DNA from: Eledone cirrhosa
Lineage: Eukaryota
Assembly: GCA_964016885.1 (NCBI GenBank)
Contig: OZ024740.1
Span: 129,332,001 to 129,396,000 of the forward strand
Reading direction: 5' to 3'
Length of the DNA: 64,000 nucleotides
Below the pieces are notes generated by a model that had not been told where the DNA came from, did not search any database, and saw nothing but the letters and a program-made list of their open reading frames with translations. Below, in pieces: positions 45,498-60,752 of the stretch. The stretch's first letter is position 1. Each line of letters begins with the position of its first letter. The position numbers and the translations under genes were made by a program.

Positions 45498-46218
45498 GGG
45501 TATCAAAAAATAAATATGGTATTTATAGGTCTCTACAAGTGGTAGGAGAGGGTGGGGAGTGGGATGGGTGCAGGTCATTGGTTGATAGAAAAGGGAATTC
45601 ATTAAAAGCTAATTCTACAAAGCTATAGTTAATTTTTATTTTTATTTATATTTATTTATGTTTTTAGAGAGACAAAGGCAGACAGAATTCTATAAACAGG
45701 TTCCGGATGGCATACCATTCCTTGTCAATAAGTTTCTCTTAAGCTAACAGATGTCTATAAAATCAGTGGGGGGTCAGTCATGCTCCATAGAATTAAAGAA
45801 AAGGGAGATTCTTTAAAAGCTAAAGTCATTAAGGTTCTACTAAGTGACAAAGGTCTAGAGAATTCTGCAGACAGATTCAAAATATTGAGTGCATATCTTA
45901 CTATTATCTTCGAACTTCTCTTAAACTAAACAACAATATGCCAAAATCAACAGACACATTCACAAAAAAACAAAAAAAAAAAAAAACAAAAAACCAAAAA
46001 AACAGAAAAACAAAAAAAACACACATAAAAAACAAAAAAACACACATACTCACTCACACACTTACGCGCAACCATAAACACACACACAAACACATATACT
46101 CACATAAAAACACACACACATATATAAAAAATATATAAATATATATTCATGTACAACACACATACATACACACATACATACATACATATATAATACACAT
46201 ACACATATACATACGCAC

Positions 46219-46261
<43 letters not shown>

Positions 46262-46367
46262 TATACATATATATACATACATATATACATACATATACAA
46301 ACATACATACATATATATACATACAAATATACATACACACACATACACACACACACACATATATACG

Positions 46368-46445
<78 letters not shown>

Positions 46446-46615
46446 GATACACACACACATACACATACATACACACACACACACATATATATACACAAAT
46501 AAATACAGTCACACGCATACAAACAAGAGTATACATATGTATAAATATACACACATACACACACACACACACATATATACGTGTATATATATATATATAT
46601 AAAATATATATATAC

Positions 46616-46662
<47 letters not shown>

Positions 46663-46881
46663 GATACACACACACATACACGTACATACACACACACACA
46701 CATATATATACACAAATGAATACACTCACACGCATACAAACAAACACGAGTATACATATGTATAAATATCTATACACACACACATACACACATATATATA
46801 TATATATACACACACATACACATATATATATATATATATATACATATATATATACACATATATATACATACATATACATAC

Positions 46882-46917
<36 letters not shown>

Positions 46918-47141
46918 CTCTATACACACACATATATATGTATATATATATGTATATATATATGTATATATATATATGTGTATATATGTATGTATATATA
47001 TATATGTATGTGCGTACGTATGTGTATGTATGTATGTATGTATGTATACGTGTGTATGTGTGTGTGTTTGTTTATGTACATGTATGTGTATGTGTGTATG
47101 CATGTATGTGTGTGTATGTGTGTGTATATATATGTGTATAT

Positions 47142-47213
<72 letters not shown>

Positions 47214-47227
47214 GTGTATGTGTATGT

Positions 47228-47269
<42 letters not shown>

Positions 47270-47308
47270 GCATGTATATGTATGTATGTGTGTATGTATG
47301 TATGTGTG

Positions 47309-47340
<32 letters not shown>

Positions 47341-47412
47341 TATGTGTATATATGTGTATATATATATATGTATATATGTATATAAGTGTGCATTTGTATA
47401 TATGTATATGTA

Positions 47413-47443
<31 letters not shown>

Positions 47444-47490
47444 GTGCGTGTGTGTGTGTGTGTATATATATGTATATATATATGTATATA

Positions 47491-47571
<81 letters not shown>

Positions 47572-47709
47572 ATATATATGTATACACACATATATATATG
47601 TATTTGTGTATGTATGTGTATATATGTATGTATATGATTGTGTGGGCAGGTGTGTGTGTATATATATATATAATATATATATATATATATGTGTATGTGT
47701 ATGTATATA

Positions 47710-47776
<67 letters not shown>

Positions 47777-47928
47777 GTATATGTATGTATATATATGTAC
47801 ATATGTATATATATGTATATATATGTGTATGTGTGTGTATTTGTATGTATACATGTATATGCGTGTATGTGTGTGTGTGTATATGTCTTATATGAATGTG
47901 AGTATATATATATATATATGTGTATATG

Positions 47929-47979
<51 letters not shown>

Positions 47980-48047
47980 ATATGTATGTATATGTATATA
48001 TATATATATATATATGTATATGTATGTGTATGTGTATGTGTGTGTAT

Positions 48048-48091
<44 letters not shown>

Positions 48092-48130
48092 ATATATATA
48101 TATATATATGTGTATGTATATATGTGTGTG

Positions 48131-48184
<54 letters not shown>

Positions 48185-48621
48185 CGTATGTGTGTATATG
48201 TGTGTGTGTGTATATATATATATGTGTATATGTATGTGTTTGTGTGTATGTATATGTATATATGTGTGTATGTGTGTGTATTTGTGAGTGTATATGTACA
48301 TATATATATATATATATATATGTGTATGTGTATGTATGTATATGTATTTGTATATGTATATGTATGCGCATATATGTATATATATGTGTATATATGTAAA
48401 TATATATATATATATATATATATGTGCATGAGATAGAGAGTGTGTGTGTATATATATTTTGTGTGTCGGTGTGTGTATGTGTGTATGCGCGCGTGTGTGT
48501 GTATATGTGTATATATATGTATGTGTATATGTATATGTATGTATGTGTATATATGTATATATATATATGTGTATATTTATGTATAGGTCTGTGTATGTAT
48601 GTGTATGTTTTGTGTATGTAT

Positions 48622-48689
<68 letters not shown>

Positions 48690-48707
48690 TTGTATATGTG
48701 TGTGTAT

Positions 48708-48753
<46 letters not shown>

Positions 48754-48968
48754 GTATATGTATGTATATATATATGTGTATATATATATGTATATATATA
48801 TATATATATGTGTATGTGTGTGCATATATATATATATATGTGTGTATGTGTGTGTGTATAGATATTTATACATATGTATACTCGTGTTTGTTTGTATGCG
48901 TGTGAGTGTATTCATTTGTGTATATATATGTGTGTGTGTGTGTATGTATGTGTATGTGTGTGTGTATC

Positions 48969-49017
<49 letters not shown>

Positions 49018-49186
49018 GTATATATATATGTATATATATATATATATATACGTATATATGTGTGTGTGTGTGTGTATGTGTGTATATTTATACATATGTA
49101 TACTCGTGTTTGTTTGAATGCGTGTGAGTGTATTTATTTGTGTATATATATGTGTGTGTGTATGTATGTGTATGTGTGTGTGTATC

Positions 49187-49278
<92 letters not shown>

Positions 49279-49384
49279 CGTATGTATGTGTGTGTGTGTG
49301 TATGTGTGTGTATGTATATTTGTATGTATATATATGTATGTATGTTTGTATATGTATGTATATATGTATGTATATATATGTATA

Positions 49385-49443
<59 letters not shown>

Positions 49444-50140
49444 GTGCGTATGTATATGTGTATGTGTATTATATATGTATGTATGTATGTGTGTATGTAT
49501 GTGTGTGTACATGAATATATATTTATATATTTTTTATATATGTGTGTGTGTTTTTATGTGAGTATATGTGTTTGTGTGTGTGTTTATGGTTGCGCGTAAG
49601 TGTGTGAGTGAGTATGTGTGTTTTTTTGTTTTTTATGTGTGTTTTTTTTGTTTTTCTGTTTTTTTTTGTTTTTTGTTTTTTTGTTTTTTTGTGAATGTGT
49701 CTGTTGATTTTGGCATATTGTTGATTAGTTTAAGAGAAGTTCGAAGATAATAGTAAGATATGCACTCAGTATTTTGAATCTGTCTGCAGAATTCTCTAGA
49801 CCTTTGTCACTTAGTAGAACCTTAATGACTTTAGCTTTTAAAGAATCTCCCTTTTCTTTAATTCTATGGAGCATGACTGACCCCCCCACTGATTTTATAG
49901 ACATCTGTTAGCTTAAGAGAAACTTATTGACAAGGAATGGTATGCCATCCGGAACCTGTTTATAGAATTCTAAAAACATAAATAAATATAAATAAAAATA
50001 AAAATTAACTATAGCTTTGTAGAATTAGCTTTTAATGAATTCCCTTTTCTATCAACCAATGACCTGCACCCATTCCACTCCCCACCCTCTCCTACCACTT
50101 GTAGAGACCTATAAATACCATATTTATTTTTTGATACCCC

Positions 50141-50189
50141 GATTCCTGATGATTTCTAATGAATGAAACAGTTCTAGTCCTGTAGAATC
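50141..50189 (+). ncRNA. Type I hammerhead ribozyme in the inverted segment of PLE family 3
   Basis: GAUUC-CUGAUGA-UUUCUAAUGAAU-GAA-ACAGUUCUAGUCCUGU-A-GAAUC. Confidence 0.85.
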
Positions 50190-50202
50190 TCATCTATATT
50201 AA

Positions 50203-51757
<1,555 letters not shown>

Positions 51758-52357
51758 CTCCAATGCTTCATCAGCGCGTGCAAGACAATACATTCCAGAC
51801 AACAAAGATAACCTAAAGCGACCGTCCAGCTACACGTGGCAGAGAAATGTCACAGCGTGTGTAGGGCAGTGAATCAGTGGTGTCTGAGGGACGAGCTGCT
51901 AGAAAGGACAGCCCCAAACCACTCAAAGATGTGTGCTCAACCAAACAGAGAGAGGGGAAATACTGTTATAAGTAGCCAAATATCACGGTGAATTAACGGA
52001 GCTTTAAAGAGCTCAGGATTCCTTTTCCTTTCAGCACATCATTGTCAGGGAATAAAGAGAATCTATGGCTCCGTTAATATATCGTGGCTATTCAATTTCA
52101 GTCACAATTACTTCCTGGATTTGTACGCCTGTGTTATATAGTTATAGAGGTGCGTATATAGATTTTGATTTATCTTTTTAATCAGTGTGTGTCTACCCTG
52201 CCTTCCATAGATTATAGATTCCATATGCTGGTGCTTTGCCCCTTTTTATTGATGGCACACCACCTCTTTCTAGTGTGTTACCTTTTCAACATATTGTATT
52301 TTAAAGAGCTCAGGATTCCTTTTCCTTTGAGCATATTATTGACAGGGTTTAACGAGA

Positions 52358-52395
<38 letters not shown>

Positions 52396-53310
52396 GAGGT
52401 TGTGTATGTGTGTATGTCCGTACCCACATAAATTCTACAGTTTGCAATCTATTTTCTTCAAATTTGGAACAAACATGCGTTATGTTCCCAGAAGTGTTCA
52501 AATGTGTTTGTCTAATGCCGGCGCTAGTTACAAGAAGGCTGTCTCTAGATAAACGGGACAATCACGTTACATGTGCGAAACTTAAATTATTGTTGGTTAA
52601 CATTCTACTCATCTTAGTGTTGTACGTCCTCTTTCCTTATATAATGCCTCCAAGGGAGACATGCACCATTGGTCTAAACATGGTGAAAGCTGAGAGATGG
52701 AAAAGAAGAAAAGTAAATGAATCGTCAATGGAGGCTGCAATTAGAGGATCGAAAGATGCTGAACATAATGCTACTGCAAGAGCCTTAGAAAACTACCAGT
52801 GGCGCTGTATTTAAGATACAGGTTACATATGTACTCCAGATCGTCGTGGGTAATTTCATTTTTCCTGATATTGATATAGGGCCCACTGGGCACAGATAAC
52901 GCCCTTTAACCGCTCCTTGGAGTCGAATGAAGCACTGTAGTGCAATCTAACAAAACGTCATAACGTCTTGAGTTCGCAACATGTTTTCACAAAACTGGAC
53001 GCATGGACTATATTCGGTCTAAATATCAATTCTCACATTCACAATAGGCACATATTGAGTAGAGGGTCCCTAGGGACAGGAAGGCCGTTTTGGAAAGAGC
53101 CGACGATTTTGAACAAGTATGGTTTTCGAAGCCGTACTGAAGTATTGACTTGAATGTTATACATGACTGCTATTTAATACACGAGCAACGCCGGTACCTC
53201 TGCAAGTATATATATATATGTATATATATATATATACTTATGTGTGAATGGCACAGAGCTGCGTAAAAGCATATGTGTATGAATATATATATACATCTAT
53301 ATATATATAC

Positions 53311-53480
<170 letters not shown>

Positions 53481-53905
53481 TTCCCGTTGTGAAATACACA
53501 TATGCTTTTACGCCGCTCTGTGCCATTCACACATTTGATACAGAGCAAAATACCTGTTGATATCGTGATATTCCTTGTTCGATCATTATACCTAAAGCTT
53601 ATAATTTTAAGCAGACAGTATTTTGATTTAGGTGTCATAGAAACCCTGTATTTGTATTTTAACATCAATTCCAATGGGTCCAGGTCGGTGTTCTTTATCA
53701 TTTATTTTGCTTTGACCTGTTTAGCTTGATTAGCTTTTTTGGTTAGGTGGTTGATGCTTTCTTGACCACTTTTTCAGTTTTCTATGGCGTTTTAACATAT
53801 TGTTTAGCTCTGGTTTCTTTTTAGCTATGGAGCGCTTGCCAGCATAATCCTAATTTTTGCGTTTCTTTTCGCTTTTTCTACCCTCCGAAATGCCATTCTC
53901 GCTGA

Positions 53906-53967
<62 letters not shown>

Positions 53968-54020
53968 ACATATATACATATATGTGTGTGTGTGTGTATG
54001 TATGTGTGTATATGTATATA

Positions 54021-54148
<128 letters not shown>

Positions 54149-54199
54149 TGTGTGTGTATGTGTGTGTGTGTGTGTGGTTTTGTGTGTGTGTCTTTGTGA

Positions 54200-54330
54200 G
54201 AGTCTCGAATCCAATCGAGTGGTAAGCACAGTAAGAAAAGTACTCGAATCATTGGTAGAGTGTAAACATCAAGATGACATCTACAAGACTAGAACCGTTT
54301 CATTCAATATGGATCATCAGGTATTTTCCG
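54200..54330 (-). mobile_element. Old pLTR fragment related to PLE family 3, with a degenerate hammerhead (~54278-54325)
   Basis: GGTAAGCACAGTAAGAAAAGTACTC...TACAAGACTAGAACCGTTTCATTC...TCATCAGG is colinear with 39106-39213; stem I is poor. Confidence 0.65.
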
Positions 54331-54414
54331 AATGAATTTTTTTAATGAAATAGGTCTACTACTGTAGAGGCGATTTCTATATCAAACATGACATATATAT
54401 ACATATATATATAT

Positions 54415-54467
<53 letters not shown>

Positions 54468-55819
54468 GAGAGAGAGAGAAGAGGAGAAATAGAAAGAGAC
54501 AGAGAGAGTATAATAAAAATTCGAAGTTGTTTTAGATGCTAAAGATTCCTTTATTGATAAACTTGTGATGACGATAGTGGCCCCGTGATTTCACGTAAGC
54601 CATGTCATTATCTCATCAGACGGCATCATTATGTAATAAGGATAAGGTCTCGAGAAAATCTGAAGTAAAGCGACAAAGTAAAGGACAAAACTAATGTATT
54701 TGAAGCCTACGCCCGTTTCCTCGTGAGCCTCAGTTCCACTCCACAGTCTTTCACATGCAGACATATGAAGGAAGATGAATAATTAACTACTACCCACATC
54801 AGTGCAAGCATAGGTAAATCTCTCCCACAATCAATCTCCCCCATGGGTGCATGTGAGATTAAATATATATGTAGATTCTAAGTCAAATAGACGCTAGCAT
54901 ATCTGGCGATATTCCCAGCCTATTTATGGTATGGTGAAAAAGAATAATCATAGAACGATTAATAGAGAACTCCGTCACCCTCATCGGGTTCCCCCGTTAT
55001 GTAGACAACATTGATATAGTAATATACAGATCACCGCAAGCGAGCACCTATCAACCAGAATTAGAAGCCAACAACATGTTTAGCATCCACCAAATAGCTA
55101 ATTGCCTACACCAGGCTACCTAATAACAAAAACCTAACAATATTCAAACGGTATTAGACATTGAAATCGTGTTAAACAATACAAACGAACAACCCCAAAC
55201 CCTCCACTCATATTATACTAAGCCTATGGCCTCCAATTATCTAATACAAAAAAACAAAACTCAGTGATACCCAATAGTGTAAGTCTAATATTCTGATTGC
55301 GGAACTAGTTAGAGTGATGAAAAATGTGTCCCGCATGTGCAATCTATTTGAACCAGAAAAACATGTACAGCACTTCATTCATTACATGCAGTTCTCTGAC
55401 TACAGACAAAGAGTTAGGACCAGGGTGTACAAAGGGACAATGGTGAAATACAAAACAGTTATAGAGGTCGACATGAAATAAATTTGCTCGCTGTACAGTA
55501 GAAAAATATTGAATAGCATGGAGGGCCCTAGGAAAAGGATAGGGATAGCCAAATCATGGTACGAATCCCTGATCAATAAAAGTTAGCCCTTTTATGAATA
55601 ACCGCTGTAGACATAAGACAGGTGTAGTAGAAGTCCAGAAATTAATTGTAAAACGAGAAACGTACTAAATAGCATCAGAAACACGACAACGACGTACTTA
55701 CGAGAGACATCCCATAGCATAAAAGAGAGGATAGATGAACACTGGAGTCAACTAAAAGGCCAACAATATATCTCAGTCCTATATAAGCATGCCGTAATAA
55801 TGCATGATGGTAAAACGGA

Positions 55820-56408
<589 letters not shown>

Positions 56409-56462
56409 CGTGTGTGTGTGTGGGTGTGTGTGTATATATACATATATGTATATATATATATA

Positions 56463-56703
56463 TATTAAAATAACAGATGAAAGTTTAAGCAAAGAATCGC
56501 TGCTTTCACACTTAACGGGATCTTCTGAAACTGAAAAACTAGTTTCAAATGATCCCGTTAAGTGTGAAAGCAGCGATTCTTTGCTTAAACTTTCATCTTT
56601 TATCTTAATAAATATTTGCTCTAGGGTTCTTATATATTTGATATATATTTATCCTTATCGAGCCCTCTTTGGATTTTAGTTTTCGCATTTATTATTATTA
56701 CTA
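56463..56703 (+). mobile_element. Family X miniature PLE-type element: palindromic pair of hammerhead-like motifs plus a 3' tail ending TTTATTATTATTACTA
   Basis: Arms 56463-56532 and 56541-56610. AGUUU-[CAAAUGA or CAGAAGA]-UCCCGUUAAGUGU-GAA-AGCA...UGCU-U-AAACU. Lies in (TA)n. Confidence 0.7.
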
Positions 56704-57842
56704 TATATATATATATGTATATATTTATATATATATATATTATATTCTGATATATAATACCTTGCGCACACATACTTTTATACCTACAAGTGGCCTAAAT
56801 ATCGCTATACCCTACATTTTTCTGTATAAACTCTCCCGAAGGACATTATGTTGGGCGTTAATCTATTAGAAAAGAAAACAAGTCCCCAATATCTGCATGT
56901 ATTATCCTCACATATATATATGCCTGTATTATATGTGTAAATAAATATAACTGTATTAGGATATGTATGTTAAAAATGTGTATGTGCGTGTATATAAATA
57001 TATATATACATGCTAATATGGATATATAAAGTGAGGGAGAGAGAAGGCGAGAAAGAGAGAAATAAAAAAAGGGAGAGATAGGGAGAGAGAGAGACAGTGC
57101 GCGCGAGAGAGAGGGAAATATATTTATAAAAATGTAGAGAGAGAGATGGAGGGAGATAGAGAGAGAGATGCAGAAATATATAAAAGAAAAGTGGGTATAA
57201 GAGAACACAAGCCTTCAAATCGATAGATAAAGACACTTAGAGGAAAAAATATAGATAAAATCGAAGGAGATAAGTAGGAGAAATATGTTGGAAGAAACAA
57301 GGATAGTAGAAGATGACAAAATGAATGGAAATATGAATGCACATAACGAAAGCTTAAATGACATACAAAAGCGACATGATGAAGAATAGATGAAAACAAA
57401 ACACAATAGGGCTATAGACCTAATTAATATGTATTATTGGTGAATAATGTGGATGTAAATGGTATATTGAATGCTATATCGGTTATATGAAGGAAACGAA
57501 ATTAACGCACCAAAACATTTCAAAGACATTTACGTTGAAATACTCATAAAAAAAAACAGCAGGTATTGTCTTGCAAATTCGAACACGTACAGTTGTACAC
57601 GAATGTATGTCAACATACATATAAATCTCACAATTTCATAGAAACATACACATAGTTAAACTTTTCAGTGCACAAATAAACGCGTGCACATACATACGAT
57701 CAGCATTCTCTCATGTTTCTTAAATTCGCATTCATATAACAGTCGATATACATATGTGTATGAATACATACATATTTGAATATATACAATACCCAGCATA
57801 ACAAAGAACCCCATGTATATATATAGACATACATATATATAT

Positions 57843-57909
<67 letters not shown>

Positions 57910-57910
57910 T

Positions 57911-57944
<34 letters not shown>

Positions 57945-58429
57945 ATATATAGAGAAAGAGAGGTAGAGAGGCATAATTACAATTTAGCTTCGGCACAGCT
58001 GTTAATATATATGTATGTGAACTTTGTATCTCTTAATATAGGGTATGCATAATAAATATATATTTTGGAAGCCCAACTATGAAGACTGAAGGACCGACGG
58101 CCAGCGACGTGTAGCGGATTCCAGCATAAGCAGAGAATGACAGCTGTCTGTGCGTATTTGGAGGTACTGGCTCTCACCAGAACAGTCCATTCCTCTTCTC
58201 CGCTGGAACTTGAAATCTGACGATACTGTATAGTATTTTCGTCTCTGTATATGTGCTGATTAGCCTCATTTGCATATAAAGCTGTATGAGATGGCTCAAC
58301 TTAGATGTAGACTTAAAATTTATTTCCGGCACAGCTGTACGGTCACATACAGAAACACACATATATATATATGTGTGTGTATACGAAAATCACACCCCAA
58401 AACAAACACACGCACGTATATATATACAG

Positions 58430-58552
58430 AGAACTCGAAACTTGGAGTAGTAGAGTCGGTAATATGAAAAGATCCATCTAGATCCGAACAGCTAGGTTAG
58501 ATCTAGCCGTCCAAACGGACGGTGTTCAGCCGTTGGGGTCCTTACTCTGTTC
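58430..58552. mobile_element. Degraded PLE family 1 terminal fragment with inversion
   Basis: GTAGTAGAGTCGGTAATA (minus-sense terminus) followed by TAGCCGTCCAAACGG...CAGCCGTTGGGGTCCTTACT. Confidence 0.5.
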
Positions 58553-58769
58553 ATATATATATATATATATACTAGACCACCCTGGCCCCGTTAGCTCACA
58601 TTCACTTGAACTTTCTTTTTCAAATCATGTTCACTTAAACATAATTTTTAAATAATTAAAATATACACAAACATATATATAATGTGAAATGAAATTGGAA
58701 GCCTCATATATATATACACGTGTGTATGTTTATATATATAAATGTGTGTGTATACATATATTTATGTAT

Positions 58770-58812
<43 letters not shown>

Positions 58813-58839
58813 GATGTCTGTGACTATATACACTGGTCA

Positions 58840-58918
<79 letters not shown>

Positions 58919-58921
<3 letters not shown>

Positions 58922-59054
58922 AACCAGTAAGACCCCGACAGCTGAGCTCAAGCCGTTTCGACGGCTAATTCTGCCTATTACCCACTCTACTACCTCAAGT
59001 ATTGAGTACTTTGGTGCGTTACGGTCCACATGGTTCCTTACCACATTTTCTTCG

Positions 59055-59095
<41 letters not shown>

Positions 59096-59276
59096 AACCA
59101 GTAATTCTGGACTAAAAAAAAAAAAAAAAAAAAAAAAAAGTCCAGAATTAGCCGTCGAAACGGCTTGAGCTCAGCTGTCGGCGTCTTACTGGTTCCTATT
59201 ACCCACTCTACTACCTCAAGTATTGAGTACTTTGGTGCGTTATGGTCCACCTGGTTCCTTACCACATCTCATTCGT

Positions 59277-59353
<77 letters not shown>

Positions 59354-59545
59354 CAAAGGAATTGTGGTAAGCAACCATATGGACCATAACGCACCAGAGT
59401 ATCCAATACTGAGGGTAGTAGAGTGGGAAATAGGAAAAACTATGACCACGACGGCAGAGCTCAAGCCGTTTCGACGGCTATTTCAGTCCAGAAATAGCTG
59501 TCTTAACGCCTTGGGTTCTGTCGTCGGGGTCATACATTTTTCTAT
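58919..59545. mobile_element. Cluster of three miniature PLE family 1 termini (58919-59058 +, 59092-59280 +, 59351-59545 -), each with an inverted 5' piece and separated by (TA)n
   Basis: Each matches 9917-10030 and the GAAACGGCTTGAGCTC half of the 7501-7594 HHR; the 5' half of the HHR core is missing. Confidence 0.85.
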
Positions 59546-59564
59546 ATAAATATATATATATATT

Positions 59565-59630
59565 ATAATAATAAATTAGAAGACTAAAATCCAAAGAAGG
59601 CTCGATAAGGATAAATATATATCAAATAAT
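59565..59630 (-). mobile_element. Family X 3' terminus fragment fused to the 422-bp array
   Basis: ATAATAATAAATTAGAAGACTAAAATCCAAAGAAGGCTCGATAAGGATAAATATATATCAAATA matches 50245-50310. Confidence 0.8.
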
Positions 59631-60021
59631 AAGCATGAAACTAGTACAGCGTGCCTTTGTCAGTGTTGAACTAACGAGCAACGATGATTGCTATACACCA
59701 CGGCTTAATACGGGATGTTTGTTTACAAACACCCCGAGCATTATAATAAATGTTCGTTGAATCCATACGTACATATATATATGTGTGTGCATGTATGTAT
59801 ATATATATACATATTAATGTACGTATGTATACATATATGTATGTACGTGTACATACTTATATTTAAGTAACAGACGTACTAAGAGTGGGAAATGAAATTT
59901 CGTTTCATTTTTTCCGTTTATCGTTTTCGGTGCACCAGGCCGATTAACCCACTCCATATGCAAATTGGGCTACTCAGTCGTTAATATGCATAAGGTGAGT
60001 AGATACGTTCAACAATCTGGC

Positions 60022-60078
60022 AGGAAGGTATGCGTTGCTGACGATAGCTAATAAGCTTGAAACTAGTACATCGTTCCT
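60022..60078 (+). ncRNA. Type I hammerhead ribozyme of the 422-bp repeat
   Basis: AGGAA GGUAUG CGUUG-CUGACGA-UAGCU AAUA AGCUU-GAA-ACUAGU-A-CAUCG UUCCU; cleavage predicted after 60068. Confidence 0.82.
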
Positions 60079-60443
60079 TTGTCAGTGTTTTACAAACGAG
60101 CAACGACAGTTGCTAGACACTACGGCTTAATACGGGATGTTCGTTTACAAACATACTGAGCATTATAATAAATGTTCGGTGAATCCATACGTACATATAT
60201 ATATATATGTGCATGTATGTATATATATATACGTACTACTGTACGTCTGTATACATATATGTATGTACGTGTACATACTTAAATTTAAGGAACAGCCGTA
60301 CTAAGAGTGGCAAATGAAATTTCGTTTCATTTTTTCCGTTTATCGTTTTCGGTGCACCCGGCCGATTAAACCACTCGATATGCAAATTGGGCTACTCAAC
60401 CGTTAATATGCATAAGGTAAATATATACGTTCAACAATCTGGC

Positions 60444-60500
60444 AGGAAGGTATACGTTGCTGACGAGAGCTAATAAGCTTGAAACTAGTACATCGTTCCT
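60444..60500 (+). ncRNA. Type I hammerhead ribozyme of the 422-bp repeat
   Basis: AGGAA GGUAUA CGUUG-CUGACGA-GAGCU AAUA AGCUU-GAA-ACUAGU-A-CAUCG UUCCU; cleavage predicted after 60490. Confidence 0.85.
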
Positions 60501-60710
60501 TTGTCAGTGTTGAACAAACCTGCAACGATGGTTGCTAGACACTACGGCTTAATACGGGATGTTTGTTTACGAACACACCGAGCATTATAATAAATGTTCG
60601 GTGAATCCATACGTACATATATATATGTGTGCATGTATGTATATATATATATATACATACTACTGTCCGTCTGTATACATATATGTATGTACGTGTACAT
60701 ACTTATATAT

Positions 60711-60752
<42 letters not shown>

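Larger units (their letters stand above)
39083..50206 (-). mobile_element. Full-length Penelope-like element, family 3: 3' UTR/pLTR 39083-43174, ORF, 5' direct repeat 45362-~46935, inverted segment ~46936-50206
   Basis: 39083-~40710 repeats at 45362-~46935. 46936-50206 is the reverse complement of ~39153-42470 (landmarks CCTGCCCAC, CTCTCTATCTCATGC, CACACCGACAC). (TA)n flanks. Confidence 0.93.
59627..60706 (+). mobile_element. Retrozyme-like tandem repeat: 422-bp monomer x ~2.5, one hammerhead per monomer
   Basis: AAGC(A/T)TGAAACTAGTACA at 59631, 60053 and 60475; no credible ORF; ends in (TA)n. Confidence 0.85.

Noticed and set aside
52359-52530. Third Helitron copy on the + strand
   Set aside because: The 5' TC(TA)n...TGAGG start resembles the family, but the 3' hairpin/CTAG end is ambiguous, so boundaries cannot be supported.
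54583-54623. Minus-strand CCGT-CTGATGA...GAAA-TC-ACGG hammerhead-like string
   Set aside because: No room for stem III and no convincing stem II.
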